Source of the DNA: Candidatus Omnitrophota bacterium
GTDB taxonomy: Bacteria; Omnitrophota; Omnitrophia; Omnitrophales; Aquincolibacteriaceae
Assembly (NCBI GenBank): GCA_043821445.1
Contig: JBDRCT010000012.1
Location: 1-56,088, forward strand
Length of the DNA: 56,088 bases
Direction of reading: 5' to 3'
The position numbers and the translations under genes were made by a program. Positions 19,901-25,536 of the stretch are shown in pieces; the stretch's first letter is position 1; every line of letters begins with the position of its first letter. Under the pieces are notes generated by a model that worked only from the letters and a program-made list of their open reading frames with translations, searched no databases and was not told where the DNA came from.

Positions 19901-20199
19901 ATCGAAGACTTTTTGACGGGATTAATGCTCAACTTGTTCGGGCTCACCGACCGCCCATCTTGATGGCTCCTTCTCTGGAAGAAGCGCGAAAACTGCTCGT
20001 AGCGTCAACGCCTTCGTTAAATCTTAAAGCCCTCGTCAACGTCACAGAGTCTTCCGCCATAACGCTAAAGCAACAGCTGGGTGATAATGCGATCCTGGTG
20101 ACGTCGCAGCATTTCCGCGCGTTTCTAGCTTCGGCCGGTGTCGCAGCCCTTGTTGAGAAAATGCAAAATGAGTATCTCGCGACCGCGCGGTCGGCGTAA
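4924..20199 (+). CDS. Giant 5091-aa modular secreted protein (putative polyprotein with RSExR-delimited modules)
   Basis: Uninterrupted 15.3-kb ORF; signal peptide ending AHA-A; recognisable GH13, NDK-like, GT35, UDP-glucose dehydrogenase and HTH modules. Confidence 0.92.
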   Translation: MNCLKQLRRFFSGMIAVTFFVTNTLVPAPIAHAANVESPAFISSFTIPVEFGKVTDRIKGFESGSLLIHIQEAHANYDAQKNIKNILEHLSKNYGIRLVLLEGAGNKLDATLFKFFPKELELQEAVNEKLMQAGELTGAEVFLMDQTLSGVRSAEYGGKKETNSVRRTQDAILAEGYGVEKAEAYAKNREAFKRVFEGRELAQDFLETFYRQWQKYASLLPNKPLKEFLIRETAFEEGRLPLADWMIFLKTAAARNLRLDLDHVLEQKDWPVLVRYFRLKAIDPKIDTTKVKIEQEKFLAEINALEGERRRVEGARLPDGQVKTEAPSPILHLSPIVKEVTDIFEQSKKNDLPAYKTRFVLEKLLDRLPKDFSFDAYPNLRLYLQQIILLSEIQGDALQDEIKYLTGKLTARLIKTEQDRQFAEILHDFRLVKKLFALELSRSEYQTILSDKITLEKLLQELQAQDPEAKVLNKNPSPKLLRLQSLYGTAIRFYEGAIKRENWMMKQAFVRMQERKQTKAVLITGGFHTEGLKEKVLSTGSSYVEITPRIGEVASQDRENYLRALLGGNFSTTRNAQRTTQDKTVAHRTLSIERSEIAALVRSDMRFLKEVFPKNWRRELAEFGTNLRGKLRQVVSSDRAQKTVSDFLAAAMGVPASQPAAARSEMRQAMQDVASAKPDLPGLTLGLSLDIGSERRGAGLVEFGAFKKAARLLAPLKESFGMGRVYPYNSLFEMSDISRGVHQVPDRGEHFITSPDGKTTVRVVNYETKREEVSGVTLRDDKGNSFSIFSMLKLNPHLSDSNAGNGTAEKTQRDVIAFNKKAHKLGIKTVADFIPWLAPDAIDENNLDWVFHEKLIPEENQHFRNLSHGDKQAYINSLIREKGGAFFVRRIGRGDNEEVVLIRHLPGMGIYNVDQALLNVYSPKVQDYFKRSLRFLIDLGFDTIRVDTGSLLLKENLSGFLAGAGLSPETSTQGDPLREIMRDASGYAKQEGRSFEPIFETYGWDDQKALIEAGDQSGVAVYEDGLFWALLEFARNPAVGTYKIAEKIKEVLLFGVQHPGEKKKFLLYPTNFDQNALQAMGKIGNGFSVAGVLALSLVTAYLAGDFGVVNVFLILRDMLGQSGDVHPIVGGDILDNHASLGGEHAHPFVRTSEELAARTDIRRLEQAIREASSAKFLKALFSATKESHQTYIQFLDNADRQRVISLGWKNEKEEWVVFAVNLSPRQGPLDLRFIEFPSQATENIPLEGWEAKDALTGELFSIVKEIADGKEFPRILGVSFKDEDYRLIVLAPKEEKNRSEARGVTARSETRTLDEIATAAFRHYRTHLTGYVEIGGSEFLINPRISNSLVLLIKPSIGPITQKTIAEILRAAKTRGYFANAIRVVTSHDIREQKIMERHYPRHTDVATKGWAILSKREQDVLREHLAGLSFSKELLEASHPVLSASEFMEKTGLSAEVLAKLWAASKNVRKLSRGARAFRVGLITLSRNANIPARYRGATLPVLNGFLPALTEDFTKAKYPTVAIWFKKDPEATGAATLQQMQEEFAGEINPEEAAQKHPDSLRGRAFRKDHRLGLLGEKMTPRKNFIHLTAPEDIATWAKKNGFYSEGEFHAWFNDLSNYKPRKFPAKGLKKIADGEAKGFEYFGAREARDYMNGAAFHLSGFELTDKTELAYDFITGFQVRTAQLKRISDKRREKALFYYSKADFKGFEGMKPSEFLKAKGVSLEQVRGKNIHVIDKYSGMPFHRTIPHKATDLAKELKPFEGLNVTTVSDLDLLWVEKTSNDSEEQDEAVDKTSRSEMRAASEKAGLEAYTVVSRQLEAGLDRSILEALNRKLTQRFQGMGSMIRRYVGLVAETTLTGGLGALMHDLFPAWAQNLGLQNKPKKDLLAINVIYDRIKGQQYAKHLPDEVRQGKATLGDYLRSVLKMDKSLRLSFKLEIEDDFRHKAADEKAWAEQNGSPDYKEATRKAKSIIGKKIYVDIYPTETHFNQAPNYYIDAYFYNEKKEKIRVFDEIYPDAPYGHPNLWRDVHMAVYGWATQHLVRELQKKGVVKNKILFVDNEVFVSTPTPMFPDAVHHHVNHTVFRPGLYMPDEASYEMLGYPETQRKFITQNGKINVVDAVGISSRLITGVALYEHTAVLADDIMAAYPHKLVGYNENGVRNTNGVLLEQWQSPILRSLIDQYKRQLGIQPEVPDKEFFELLSSAPHAAALESFKQKAEFTKAVGIIETLLWLTEDQNFPGWLDAVAAAYKEKAGLERVDEQKLIEDFRRAVELAMEDPEAWQALTQREDLVFLKEFLFKDPILANVRRQVSYKGPDKWIEILEKLKSDPQALAEFKAKAPRVIIGGREFGDEAHWMFLRIQSLIGELGLQDRIATIDDYNIYIAPTIAQGVSGAVMLSDEKLEAASTFTMKVMTNMGVLIGVWGGADPELFTIVDMKAGREIDIFKEKVTHDILVAKLESKEWKITNGFLVAYSNTEQSTQVGGGRRPSAASLLQDLYDLNDSYQDPSGRRDLQFAVLRSTPKVDMARGQAAALKTLWERTIRILQEEDELFDGLEVAAEDTEKFFKKSLAQNRQPEFIWHGTAQDAWDIAGILGFIQGFRYLKMKGRESYNSIAHHATQGEKGDIFSYLENFFEGFNATLTPVINKIHELARQAQAAQTMEEKVKANLEALEIVERMAVEISYHLLEHYIRTQDKKIEAYLANPVVRENIAIYLERHAVPFRSIAKKIRGYAVDINGQKYLVALNLGEYDFPSEKGEKAWGSLYGREAAEGLVGSDDDFRIYQVVDAISGESHGKYSLWKMAETIPVGVPFPGVQVMKLVDSGERTEKQEISLGKDVVDYLEALTNGRLVSDEKPITQLLFQKVKDSIDDPEKMTRLLRGLTNLSRDEAVAKFGEKGVPAVMAFVTILSPGRLEKIKDWNSEVYEALSGMIQQPDLEGLFRTGKTWFHRVDRDSAIVISRSLSGKKVVVPIHFSATPFRSDDGKAWFRVLDVDRLGLPLSEDARYQVYNVLSDTIYPLEHSGKELSDEKWSIGVPVEVPQDPTVLREPPYRFQALEVIPAGSVASQRSEMRAENAWPQHEAQKIAVIGTGFVGATKAILLVTDWGHDVIAVDIQPQIVEKLSSGKLTFHANDLQELLTEGLRTGKLKFTTDYTQAIEGREIIFLAVQTPQSETGHANINYLKDSVREIARLVHPGESKILIGKSTAPPRDTVATLKAVVAEEFQRREAAGEDLQGATIHFAWEPEFLREGKEVEDDRGVAGRVVIGADDPEVALKIKQLYAHANPDPGHARTNVPVVLTDLTSAPLVKYAANGYRGMKISYINFISWLTEALGLNIDQVAHDIATRADSGEEDRRIGRAFLSAGLGFGGSCFPKDLASAVQISRGLGVLPGLVLDALAVNELQWKRFVEKLVIHELQNVQGKTIVVLGASFKPGTDDIRESRAVKVISKLLGRGAKIRVYDPVAVERLRDPRIGPFKDDTAIEYYSDPSQLNAMLENSDAVILATEWPDFDRINFENLRHWFVDHKKALPPIFDGRNFFKESKVNDPELIRQQQRYALGLDEKSLKFPYFNIGHGEMHSKPLVPHNEFVERVRESFLALRISYINMIAEIAERVGANIRDVKRGLGLDFVVGEEYLAPGIGWGGNKLSTALEDLEGYVEQYLSEQLLQEFQKTRQAIQQKFEFPRDTAQSEALPVPFITTVRKINDQQIALYLEKAKKAAGGDLRGKIVAVLGLAYKPGEFATYQSRALNLIEALLQEGAIVRATDVDRQAVTNARRDLDEMHVPRSENLTLVLESRTAQENARETVRGSEIQILVTASSAFANVVPIFFDEEKRPVAKASKMVDGRHFYDPADLKKQGIEYFAVGVPSPASGKETVLEDREQAKVLVALKESVSFPEKSIKVRSQEDGRILASLKVRINPGMLGKVRFFSHFGFYAGDETPWQDQEVDAEREMTLLNQEGDWENYEIHAVIDPRKSIPGRSGELGVTFFASPAAISRQEASFITQRLKAGDQGVHDGKIEVKPEAAMRSEMRRDGSEKVTRKGMAALHALAVQHQGGKIDDTQLNIALDLEVSQTSISKMFREFNVETRGLPPKEKNAAVIQAQKLQVELAERLGVSLKVAGEILRKPGGEEKERIMAFYIWIKGLKKGQEIPQSTREIALKYGVAQSTVQNNLERKEVKAGGLTLRQRHANFKTWVMAHSGQRISGTVSAIAQDRGLWNRLVASTLRRYGIALVSAPASAEKTDLEKGKLVAVRSEMRTELPQGIRYQDQVRVVESANWFFQGIVPQDRKVKDSIDRTIERLSEIIREAVRDQKPVLLSGVAVSSDDDQLFEMLGFAPATTRQDAERETLFAISDAVRNDPGIEFWRSERRLHFFAAGERRELILKQDRGEYSKLFKDLIGNRLKGQEDRLRGANSFDAAVRLNKIAVASSVKVEYGLRDLAALANWLSLDPEVVRGAVITQAEYKNLPATKPAEKAITAPKPVTPPSPEMLFLLEVLSQIQTVWAEREAHWAVQQVHEETAALAAWDQPLKFGNNHIQKEERDAVRQYSETAADIYFAKTGVFPKQGLKKLIKQETKEVNGRRFLDETPYRKILERESALRTLINSPIEAEGNATGPVRKRIERIFSTMIELRELLGKRVFSISKLYEMKPTLGIFRQPHSEVQHLFAKHIAHLLFVRKTGSRALNDQGQGFAGFVDELFRSKDIPLEREGQNRAVPSSVARGALADLRASIEQRKDFYDAKTTILADTIGRMYGDILRQIEEISGIEEEQAFMSKFRQMLNDLGMVLANDDLKRWFTGIGEPSAGQEIASIAQMEVIGAVMEPFFADVSEKSASSAPRSEIRTVAAVATLMPTETITDSQLIEKNRLFGGGGLQGFRGVTEKITDGIWSLVVHTVNAVNAVAAFFGMADSKGEMLDVTTKPRSAFEKTRTAAARSVLGLKSLTSSDGFVLGKDLAFKDGALIVMRKVFGETPAAVLASYESLSSADRRLFDGINAQLVRAHRPPILMAPSLEEARKLLVASTPSLNLKALVNVTESSAITLKQQLGDNAILVTSQHFRAFLASAGVAALVEKMQNEYLATARSA
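6925..8814 (+). other. Giant-protein module 1: GH13 alpha-amylase-like domain with C-terminal beta domain
   Basis: KAHKLGIKTVADF (region I), LGFDTIRVD (region II Asp), IFETY (region III Glu), TNFDQ (region IV Asp), VVFAVNLSP...KDALTGE. Confidence 0.7.
8857..10314 (+). other. Giant-protein module 2: nucleoside-diphosphate-kinase-like domain plus unknown region
   Basis: LVLLIKP, IMERHY, INPEEA...PDSLRG and KNFIH match the order of NDK motifs (IKP, HY, NPxxA.PGTIRG, NxxH), with an insertion. Confidence 0.6.
10330..14130 (+). other. Giant-protein module 3: GT35 alpha-glucan phosphorylase-like domain plus two amylase-C-like beta domains
   Basis: TGGLGAL, VNHT, TNGV, VRRQVSYKG, IIGGR, DYNIYIA and EAASTFTMK (cf. 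EASGTSxMK, PLP lysine). Confidence 0.8.
14146..17016 (+). other. Giant-protein module 4: UDP-glucose/GDP-mannose dehydrogenase with duplicated C-terminal half
   Basis: KIAVIGTGFVG, KST, PEFLREG, KYAAN...KISYIN, GFGGSCFPKD, FKPGTDDIRES and DGRN. Confidence 0.92.
17032..17697 (+). other. Giant-protein module 5: multiple helix-turn-helix-like repeats
   Basis: IALDLEVSQTSISKMF, ELAERLGVSLKVAGEIL, STREIALKYGVAQSTVQ and TVSAIAQDRGL. Confidence 0.55.
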
Positions 20200-20219
20200 T
20201 AAAACGGGATAACAGATAA

Positions 20220-20267
20220 GGGAGGGTGGATGAAGCAAGTTTCTTACCATCCTCCATCCACCATCCG
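20220..20267. repeat. Heptamer-periodic inverted repeat, GGAGGGT/CCATCCT family
   Basis: Other copies at about 2313-2355, 3116-3200 and 5838-5928. Confidence 0.7.
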
Positions 20268-20282
20268 TATTAACTTGAATAG

Positions 20283-20311
20283 TTGACCGCTTTCTTGAGT
20301 TTACGTATAGT
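20283..20311 (+). promoter_or_regulatory. Sigma70-like promoter of mqnD (leaderless)
   Basis: TTGACC-17 nt-TATAGT, 6 nt before ATG 20318; no SD sequence. Confidence 0.65.
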
Positions 20312-20317
20312 CTCCCC

Positions 20318-21196
20318 ATGTCGAACACATCCACGAAATTAATTCGAGTCGGCCACAGTCCCGACGCCGACGATGCCTTCATGTTCTACGCGCTTGCCAA
20401 AAAAAAGATCCCGATGTACGGATTCGAGGTCGAACATGTCATCGAAGACATCGAAAGCCTGAACCAGCGTGCACTTCGCGGCGAACTTGAAGTCACGGCG
20501 GTTTCCTGTCACGCGTACGCTTTTTTGGCGGACCGTTACGCGGTGATGCGTTCCGGGGCGAGCGTCGGCGACCAATATGGGCCGATCCTTGTAAGCAAGG
20601 GACTCGGGACTCGTTCCTCGGGGCTTGATCTCGCGGGAAAGCGGATCGCCATTCCGGGAAAACTCACAACCGCTTATTTAACTTTGCAGCTTTATTCATT
20701 GACCGTTGCGCATTGCGCGTTGCGCGGATTCGAGCCGGTCTTTATACCCTTCGACAAGATCATTGACGCCGTAAAAAACGGAGAAGTCGATCTTGGCCTT
20801 GTCATTCATGAGGGCCAGATCACGTACGCGGAGCACGGTCTCGAAAAGGTTCTGAATCTCGGCGCATGGTGGCATGAGAAAATGAAGCTGCCGCTGCCGC
20901 TCGGGATCGACATTATCCGGCGCGACCTTAGCCAAGACGTCATGAGATCCTTTGCGGGACTTTTCAAGGAAAGCATCGAATACGCCTTGTCTCACCGTCA
21001 GGAAGCTTTAGAATACGCGCTCCAGTTCGGCCGCGGGATCTCCGGGGACTTGAACGACCGTTTTGTTGCCATGTATGTGAACGACCGTACGGTCGATATC
21101 GGCCAAGACGGGGAAGCGGGATTCCGTAAATTACTTGACGAAGCTTTTCAGGCCGGGATCATACCGAAAAAGGTGAATTTGGAATTCATAGGATGA
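20318..21196 (+). CDS. mqnD: 1,4-dihydroxy-6-naphthoate synthase (futalosine menaquinone pathway)
   Basis: GHSPDADDAFMFYAL, DIESLN, GASVGDQYGP, IHEGQITY, LPLPLG and MYVN motifs. Confidence 0.9.
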   Translation: MSNTSTKLIRVGHSPDADDAFMFYALAKKKIPMYGFEVEHVIEDIESLNQRALRGELEVTAVSCHAYAFLADRYAVMRSGASVGDQYGPILVSKGLGTRSSGLDLAGKRIAIPGKLTTAYLTLQLYSLTVAHCALRGFEPVFIPFDKIIDAVKNGEVDLGLVIHEGQITYAEHGLEKVLNLGAWWHEKMKLPLPLGIDIIRRDLSQDVMRSFAGLFKESIEYALSHRQEALEYALQFGRGISGDLNDRFVAMYVNDRTVDIGQDGEAGFRKLLDEAFQAGIIPKKVNLEFIG

Positions 21197-21200
21197 ACCG

Positions 21201-21263
21201 GCACAACGCGCAAAGCGCAACGCCCTGACCTTGCGTTGCGCTTTGCGCGTTGATCGTTGCGCG
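21201..21263. repeat. Heptamer-periodic inverted repeat, CAACGCG/CGTTGCG family
   Basis: Other copies at about 1801-1859, 6636-6702, 20703-20726, 21874-21953, 36897-36976 and 39535-39606. Confidence 0.8.
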
Positions 21264-21272
21264 AGGAGTTAT

Positions 21273-21872
21273 ATGGCTGGTGATGAACTAAGAGAAAAAA
21301 CCCTAGAAATCGCCAAGAAACATAAAGCAAGCTGGATCCAGCTTGGCCAGCACCTGTTCTCCATTTACAAAAACAAACTTTACAAAGAATGGGGCTTCCA
21401 GGCGTTCGAGACTTATTGCAGAAAAGAACTGAACATCAGGGAAACGACGGCTTCCAAACTCATCAAGTCCTACACCTTCCTTGAAAAAGAGGAGCCTCGC
21501 ATCGCGAAGCCGGCCTTTGCAGAAGAAGAGACCCCCCGGAAGATCCCCGATTACGAATCCGTTAATCTCCTAAGACTTGCAAAGAATAACAAGAATATCC
21601 CCACCCATGAGTTCGCGGAACTTCGTAATGACGTTCTCAATGAGGGCAAGGAGTCTAAGGAGGTCCGGGCGGCCGTGAAAAAGCTCCTCGAGACACATGC
21701 GCCGAAAGACACGCCGGAGATGAAAGATCAGAAAAGAAGCTCGGTCCTCAGACGGCTGATCGGTTTTTTGAATTCTGCGAAGACCCAGCTCGAGGAAGAG
21801 GATCTTGTCCCGGACTATCTTTTAAAGCAGATCGATGCCTTGACGCAGAAACTCGAAGATCAGCTGAACTGA
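21273..21872 (+). CDS. Hypothetical protein (DUF3102-like helical, possibly DNA-binding N-terminus)
   Basis: GAGGAG RBS; WIQLGQHL...LYKEWGFQAFETYCRKELNIRETTASKLI pattern. Confidence 0.6.
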   Translation: MAGDELREKTLEIAKKHKASWIQLGQHLFSIYKNKLYKEWGFQAFETYCRKELNIRETTASKLIKSYTFLEKEEPRIAKPAFAEEETPRKIPDYESVNLLRLAKNNKNIPTHEFAELRNDVLNEGKESKEVRAAVKKLLETHAPKDTPEMKDQKRSSVLRRLIGFLNSAKTQLEEEDLVPDYLLKQIDALTQKLEDQLN

Positions 21873-21890
21873 CCGCGCAACGCACAACGG

Positions 21891-22292
21891 TCAACGCTCA
21901 ACGTAAGAATTAAGCCGATCAGTTTTTCGTTGTGCGTTGCGCTTTGCGCGTCGTGCTGGCTTTGGAGACTTGCCTTGTTGGTTTATCAGAGCCACTTTTT
22001 TTGTGCGCGGCCATTCCTTCACTTCACATTCGCGTATCAAAGCGCGGGAGCGATCGCCGCACGTTTCGGAATAGAGCATTTCCACGGGTCTGCGGGTCCG
22101 GGTATAGCGGGAAGCTTTGCCGTCTTGATGCATTTGGAGGCGTCGCTCGAGATGATTCGTGATGCCGGTGTAAAACGATCCATCGCGGCATTGTAAAATA
22201 TAAAGCGACCAGTCGTTTCCGGTCTTCTTCCCGCGTCCGGAGATTTTTTCTTTTTTAAGACCCACGAGCATTCTTTTATAGACGGGATGCAT
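21891..22292 (-). CDS. GIY-YIG nuclease family protein (UPF0213/YazA-like)
   Basis: WSLYILQCRDGSFYTGITNHLERRLQMHQDGKASRYTRTRRPV. Confidence 0.88.
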   Translation of the reverse strand: MHPVYKRMLVGLKKEKISGRGKKTGNDWSLYILQCRDGSFYTGITNHLERRLQMHQDGKASRYTRTRRPVEMLYSETCGDRSRALIRECEVKEWPRTKKVALINQQGKSPKPARRAKRNAQRKTDRLNSYVER

Positions 22293-22379
22293 TTTTAAAA
22301 ACCGTAAGGGGTGCGGCGTTGCGCATACGGCGTGAAAGATCTTTTATTTTCGCCGCATACCGTACGTCTTCGGCCATGC

Positions 22380-22649
22380 TCATTTCTTGAATTTATGGTG
22401 ATACTTCACGGTCACGAACACGACCACGGTGAAGAACACGACGTTTGTCCAGCCAAAAGCGCGGAAGGCCATGTTCGGTGAAGCTACGACCGCAGGAGTC
22501 ATAAGGAGGATGCAGATCCAAACTCCAAAAAGCCAGACCAAACTGATATCGTCGGCCGATTTGCGTTTGACGATCCGCATAATGAGCGGGATATTGAAAA
22601 GGGGAAGAACCGCACTCGCCCACGCACTGATCTTATAAAGAATATCCAT
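22380..22649 (-). CDS. PQ-loop/SemiSWEET-like three-TM membrane protein
   Basis: IPLIMRIVKRKSADDISL followed by two hydrophobic helices. Confidence 0.75.
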   Translation of the reverse strand: MDILYKISAWASAVLPLFNIPLIMRIVKRKSADDISLVWLFGVWICILLMTPAVVASPNMAFRAFGWTNVVFFTVVVFVTVKYHHKFKK

Positions 22650-22654
22650 AAGGT

Positions 22655-24076
22655 TCAATCCTCCGGCGCAAGATTTTTCAAGGAGGTTTCCCGAAGAAAA
22701 GGCGCATTTTCCGTGGAAGTCACAAAGAAAAGTTCGTCCATCCGCAAATATTTTCTCATGGTTAAAGCTCCTTTCCAGTGAAGGTAAAGGGATTGCAGAG
22801 CGTTGGGCCAGGGTTCGGTGTTTTGTTGTGGAGAGAGGAAATAGACAGGCCGGATGTCGTGCATATCATCGATAGCAAAAAATTTTCTAATGTAAACATC
22901 CAGTGGCAAATGAAGAGAATAGATCTTCTCAAAAAAGGGAAGTTTGGAAAAAAACGGCGGAAGCGAAACGACGCTTTTCGCTGTTCCGAAGGGCCAGCGA
23001 GCGGCGTAAGCAGCATGGACAGTGTACAGGTAGAGATTTCCTTTAACAGCAGGAGTTCGTTGCAAAGCCTCAAGCAATGCAAGGGTGGTATATTGATGGT
23101 CTGGATGTCCGTCCGTTAAAGGGTTGGGAGTAACAATGATCGATGGGTTGATCTCGTTCAGGAGGAGCACCAGGTCTCCGACCAGATTGTTCCAAGTGGG
23201 TTCTTGCACAGTATATCTGGGAAGCAGATCTGACAAGTTATATTGACGAAAGGTGTTCAGATCGGAAGTTTCCGCCAAAGACGAAAACGCTTTCCGCGCG
23301 GGATCATAGAACATGGCTTTCAGTGTTCCGTCAAAATAACCCAGGTTGAAGCACTTTTGAGGAGAGATGCCGCCCCAAAAAGGGAGCACAAGGCTATCCC
23401 AGGTCCGGACTTTTCCCTGAAACAGGGAATGTTTCTTCAAATCCTTGAAAAATTTTTTATATTTCGTCTTTCCTCCCTCACCGGCGGAAAGGGTAATAAT
23501 GTAAGCATCTTGATCGTTATAAAGGCCGAAGGTCGCGATCTCGGCATCGTCCGGATGCGGCGAGAGGATGAGGATCCTGGCTTTTTTCAGCTCGGAATTT
23601 TGAAAACAATAAAGCTCGGAGGGGCCTTGGTCCCAGGAGATGTGATGCTTTTTAATAACAAGCTCGTCTCCTTCGGTTAAGGGCGGGACGGCTTTTAAAA
23701 CCGGGCTCAGATTCAAGTAACGGACCCCGCGGCATGTTTTTTCAAAGTATTGTTTTACCACGATCCCGCGGTAGCGGATCTCAACGTAGGGAAGAAAAAA
23801 AATACTCGTCCAATCCGCCCGGACCGGGATCTTAAGAAAAGCCGTGTCAGCGCCGGTCTTGGACAAAGGCCATTGGAACCCATTTTCTTTCAATGTGACG
23901 GGAGAAGCGGAGTTCTGCGGGAAAGCGTAGTGGTAGTCGGCCTGCAGGTTATACTGAAAGCTCTCATAATAACGTTGCTCGGAATCAACGTAGAAGAAAA
24001 TGGCGATGCATGCTGGGAGGAGGATCAATCCCCAAAAAAGAGCGACCTTTTTTTTAGACCTCTGCGGCGTTTTCAC
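22655..24076 (-). CDS. PIG-L family deacetylase with N-terminal membrane anchor
   Basis: LILSPHPDDAE and DGHPDH zinc-binding motifs; N-terminal TM segment. Confidence 0.85.
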   Translation of the reverse strand: MKTPQRSKKKVALFWGLILLPACIAIFFYVDSEQRYYESFQYNLQADYHYAFPQNSASPVTLKENGFQWPLSKTGADTAFLKIPVRADWTSIFFLPYVEIRYRGIVVKQYFEKTCRGVRYLNLSPVLKAVPPLTEGDELVIKKHHISWDQGPSELYCFQNSELKKARILILSPHPDDAEIATFGLYNDQDAYIITLSAGEGGKTKYKKFFKDLKKHSLFQGKVRTWDSLVLPFWGGISPQKCFNLGYFDGTLKAMFYDPARKAFSSLAETSDLNTFRQYNLSDLLPRYTVQEPTWNNLVGDLVLLLNEINPSIIVTPNPLTDGHPDHQYTTLALLEALQRTPAVKGNLYLYTVHAAYAARWPFGTAKSVVSLPPFFSKLPFFEKIYSLHLPLDVYIRKFFAIDDMHDIRPVYFLSPQQNTEPWPNALQSLYLHWKGALTMRKYLRMDELFFVTSTENAPFLRETSLKNLAPED

Positions 24077-24173
24077 GGAGTTTTTACCTGAGCGATGTAA
24101 TGCGTTAGGATGTCGGGCTATTTTAGGGTGCCTTCCGACTTTGTAAAGCTAATTAGTAGGACGTAAACGGCAG

Positions 24174-25298
24174 TTAAATCTCTAGCAATCGCGGGAATTT
24201 TGTGAGGTTCTTGCAGCCTTTTTTTGTCACGACGATCACGTCTTCCAGGCGCACACCTCCCACGCCTTTGTAATAAAGGCCTGGTTCCACGGTGATGACC
24301 TGCCCCTCTTTTAAAATATCCTTGCCTGCCCCGATGCGCGGCGGTTCGTGTAATTCCAGGCCCAGACCGTGGCCGGTGCTGTGGAAAAATCCCTGCATAC
24401 GGCCGTCTTTAAGGCCTGTCTTAAAGCCAAGTTGTGCGAACCTGGTTTGAATGGCTTCATGGATCTTTTGGCCAGCAATCCCATGCCGGATCATTTTGAA
24501 AGCGATGGCCTGACCTTCTTTGACCGCTGCGTACATTTTTTTAAGTCTTGGCGATGCTTTGCCGCGGACCACAGTACGTGTGAAATCCGCGTAATAAAGC
24601 GTTTTCTCACTGCGCGGGAAAATATCCATCATGACCGGCTGATGGGCGTAGACCGGACCGGATTCTTGATCGTGCGGGTCGGTCGAATGACGGCCACAGG
24701 AAACGATCGTGTGTTCGCCGAAGCAACCTTCCGCCAGGAGCGTTTGGTGGATGGCGGTCCGGAGCATTTCGCTCGTAAGGATCTTTCCCGAGAAATAAAG
24801 TTTGTTCTTCCGGATCACGGATCTTTTCAGGATCTGAATGGCCTTGGCGGCAGCTTTCTCCGTGGCGCGTAACGCCCGCGTGATCGCTGCGATCTCGGCG
24901 CTGTCTTTTATCAGGCGCTCTTTGAAAAAGACTCCGCTTTGATAACGGATGCGGAGGCCGGCGCGTCTCAAGGGCTCGTAATACTGGACCGGGAAATTTC
25001 CGGGGACAAGAACGCTTTTAACTTTTTTCTTTCTCAGGAAATAAAGGACAAGCTCCGTGAAGGAACAAGCCTTCTTGCGCTTTTGTTTGTATTCGGAGGC
25101 GAGACGGGAAGTCGATAAGACTTCGTGGACACAGGCCTGCTTTTTGGCCCGGTCGATCTCAAGATCGCTTACCAGGAGATATTTCTTTCCCCGGATCTCG
25201 GCAAGAACGAACGGGTCCGGCGCCATGAACCGGGTCGCGTAATAAAGGTCCGCGTTCTTTTCACTTGAGGCGATGATTAGAAGACTCTGCTTGGACAT
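24174..25298 (-). CDS. Xaa-Pro peptidase (M24B family)
   Basis: YYADFTRT, HSTGHGLGLELHE, TVEPGLY and GGVRLED. Confidence 0.92.
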   Translation of the reverse strand: MSKQSLLIIASSEKNADLYYATRFMAPDPFVLAEIRGKKYLLVSDLEIDRAKKQACVHEVLSTSRLASEYKQKRKKACSFTELVLYFLRKKKVKSVLVPGNFPVQYYEPLRRAGLRIRYQSGVFFKERLIKDSAEIAAITRALRATEKAAAKAIQILKRSVIRKNKLYFSGKILTSEMLRTAIHQTLLAEGCFGEHTIVSCGRHSTDPHDQESGPVYAHQPVMMDIFPRSEKTLYYADFTRTVVRGKASPRLKKMYAAVKEGQAIAFKMIRHGIAGQKIHEAIQTRFAQLGFKTGLKDGRMQGFFHSTGHGLGLELHEPPRIGAGKDILKEGQVITVEPGLYYKGVGGVRLEDVIVVTKKGCKNLTKFPRLLEI

Positions 25299-25304
25299 GA
25301 AGTA

Positions 25305-25333
25305 AGAATATCACGCTGAGGTTTAGGCTTCAA
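25305..25333 (-). promoter_or_regulatory. Sigma70-like promoter of the M24 peptidase (leaderless)
   Basis: Minus strand TTGAAG-17 nt-TATTCT with TGn extension, 6 nt before ATG. Confidence 0.55.
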
Positions 25334-25536
25334 TCTGCAAAACAGAAAAATCAAAGTGTCTTGGTATCAAAGTATCAAGGTGTCAAAACTTCGGGGGTCG
25401 TTTTTCTTTGATACTATGACATACTGATACTTTGACGCTTTTTAGTTTTTATTCATTGACGGCATTCGGGAAAGTCGTTAGACTCCGCTGTCTTTTTCCT
25501 CTATACAAATGATGAAACTTTAGGCATTCATAATTA

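Noticed and set aside
4924-20199. Giant ORF as an NRPS/PKS, RTX/adhesin or intein-containing protein
   Set aside because: I saw no A/C/KS domain motifs, no RTX or adhesin repeats, and no intein terminal motifs at module junctions.
21201-21953. Short repeats as a CRISPR array
   Set aside because: No identical 23-47-nt repeats with unique spacers, and no cas genes.
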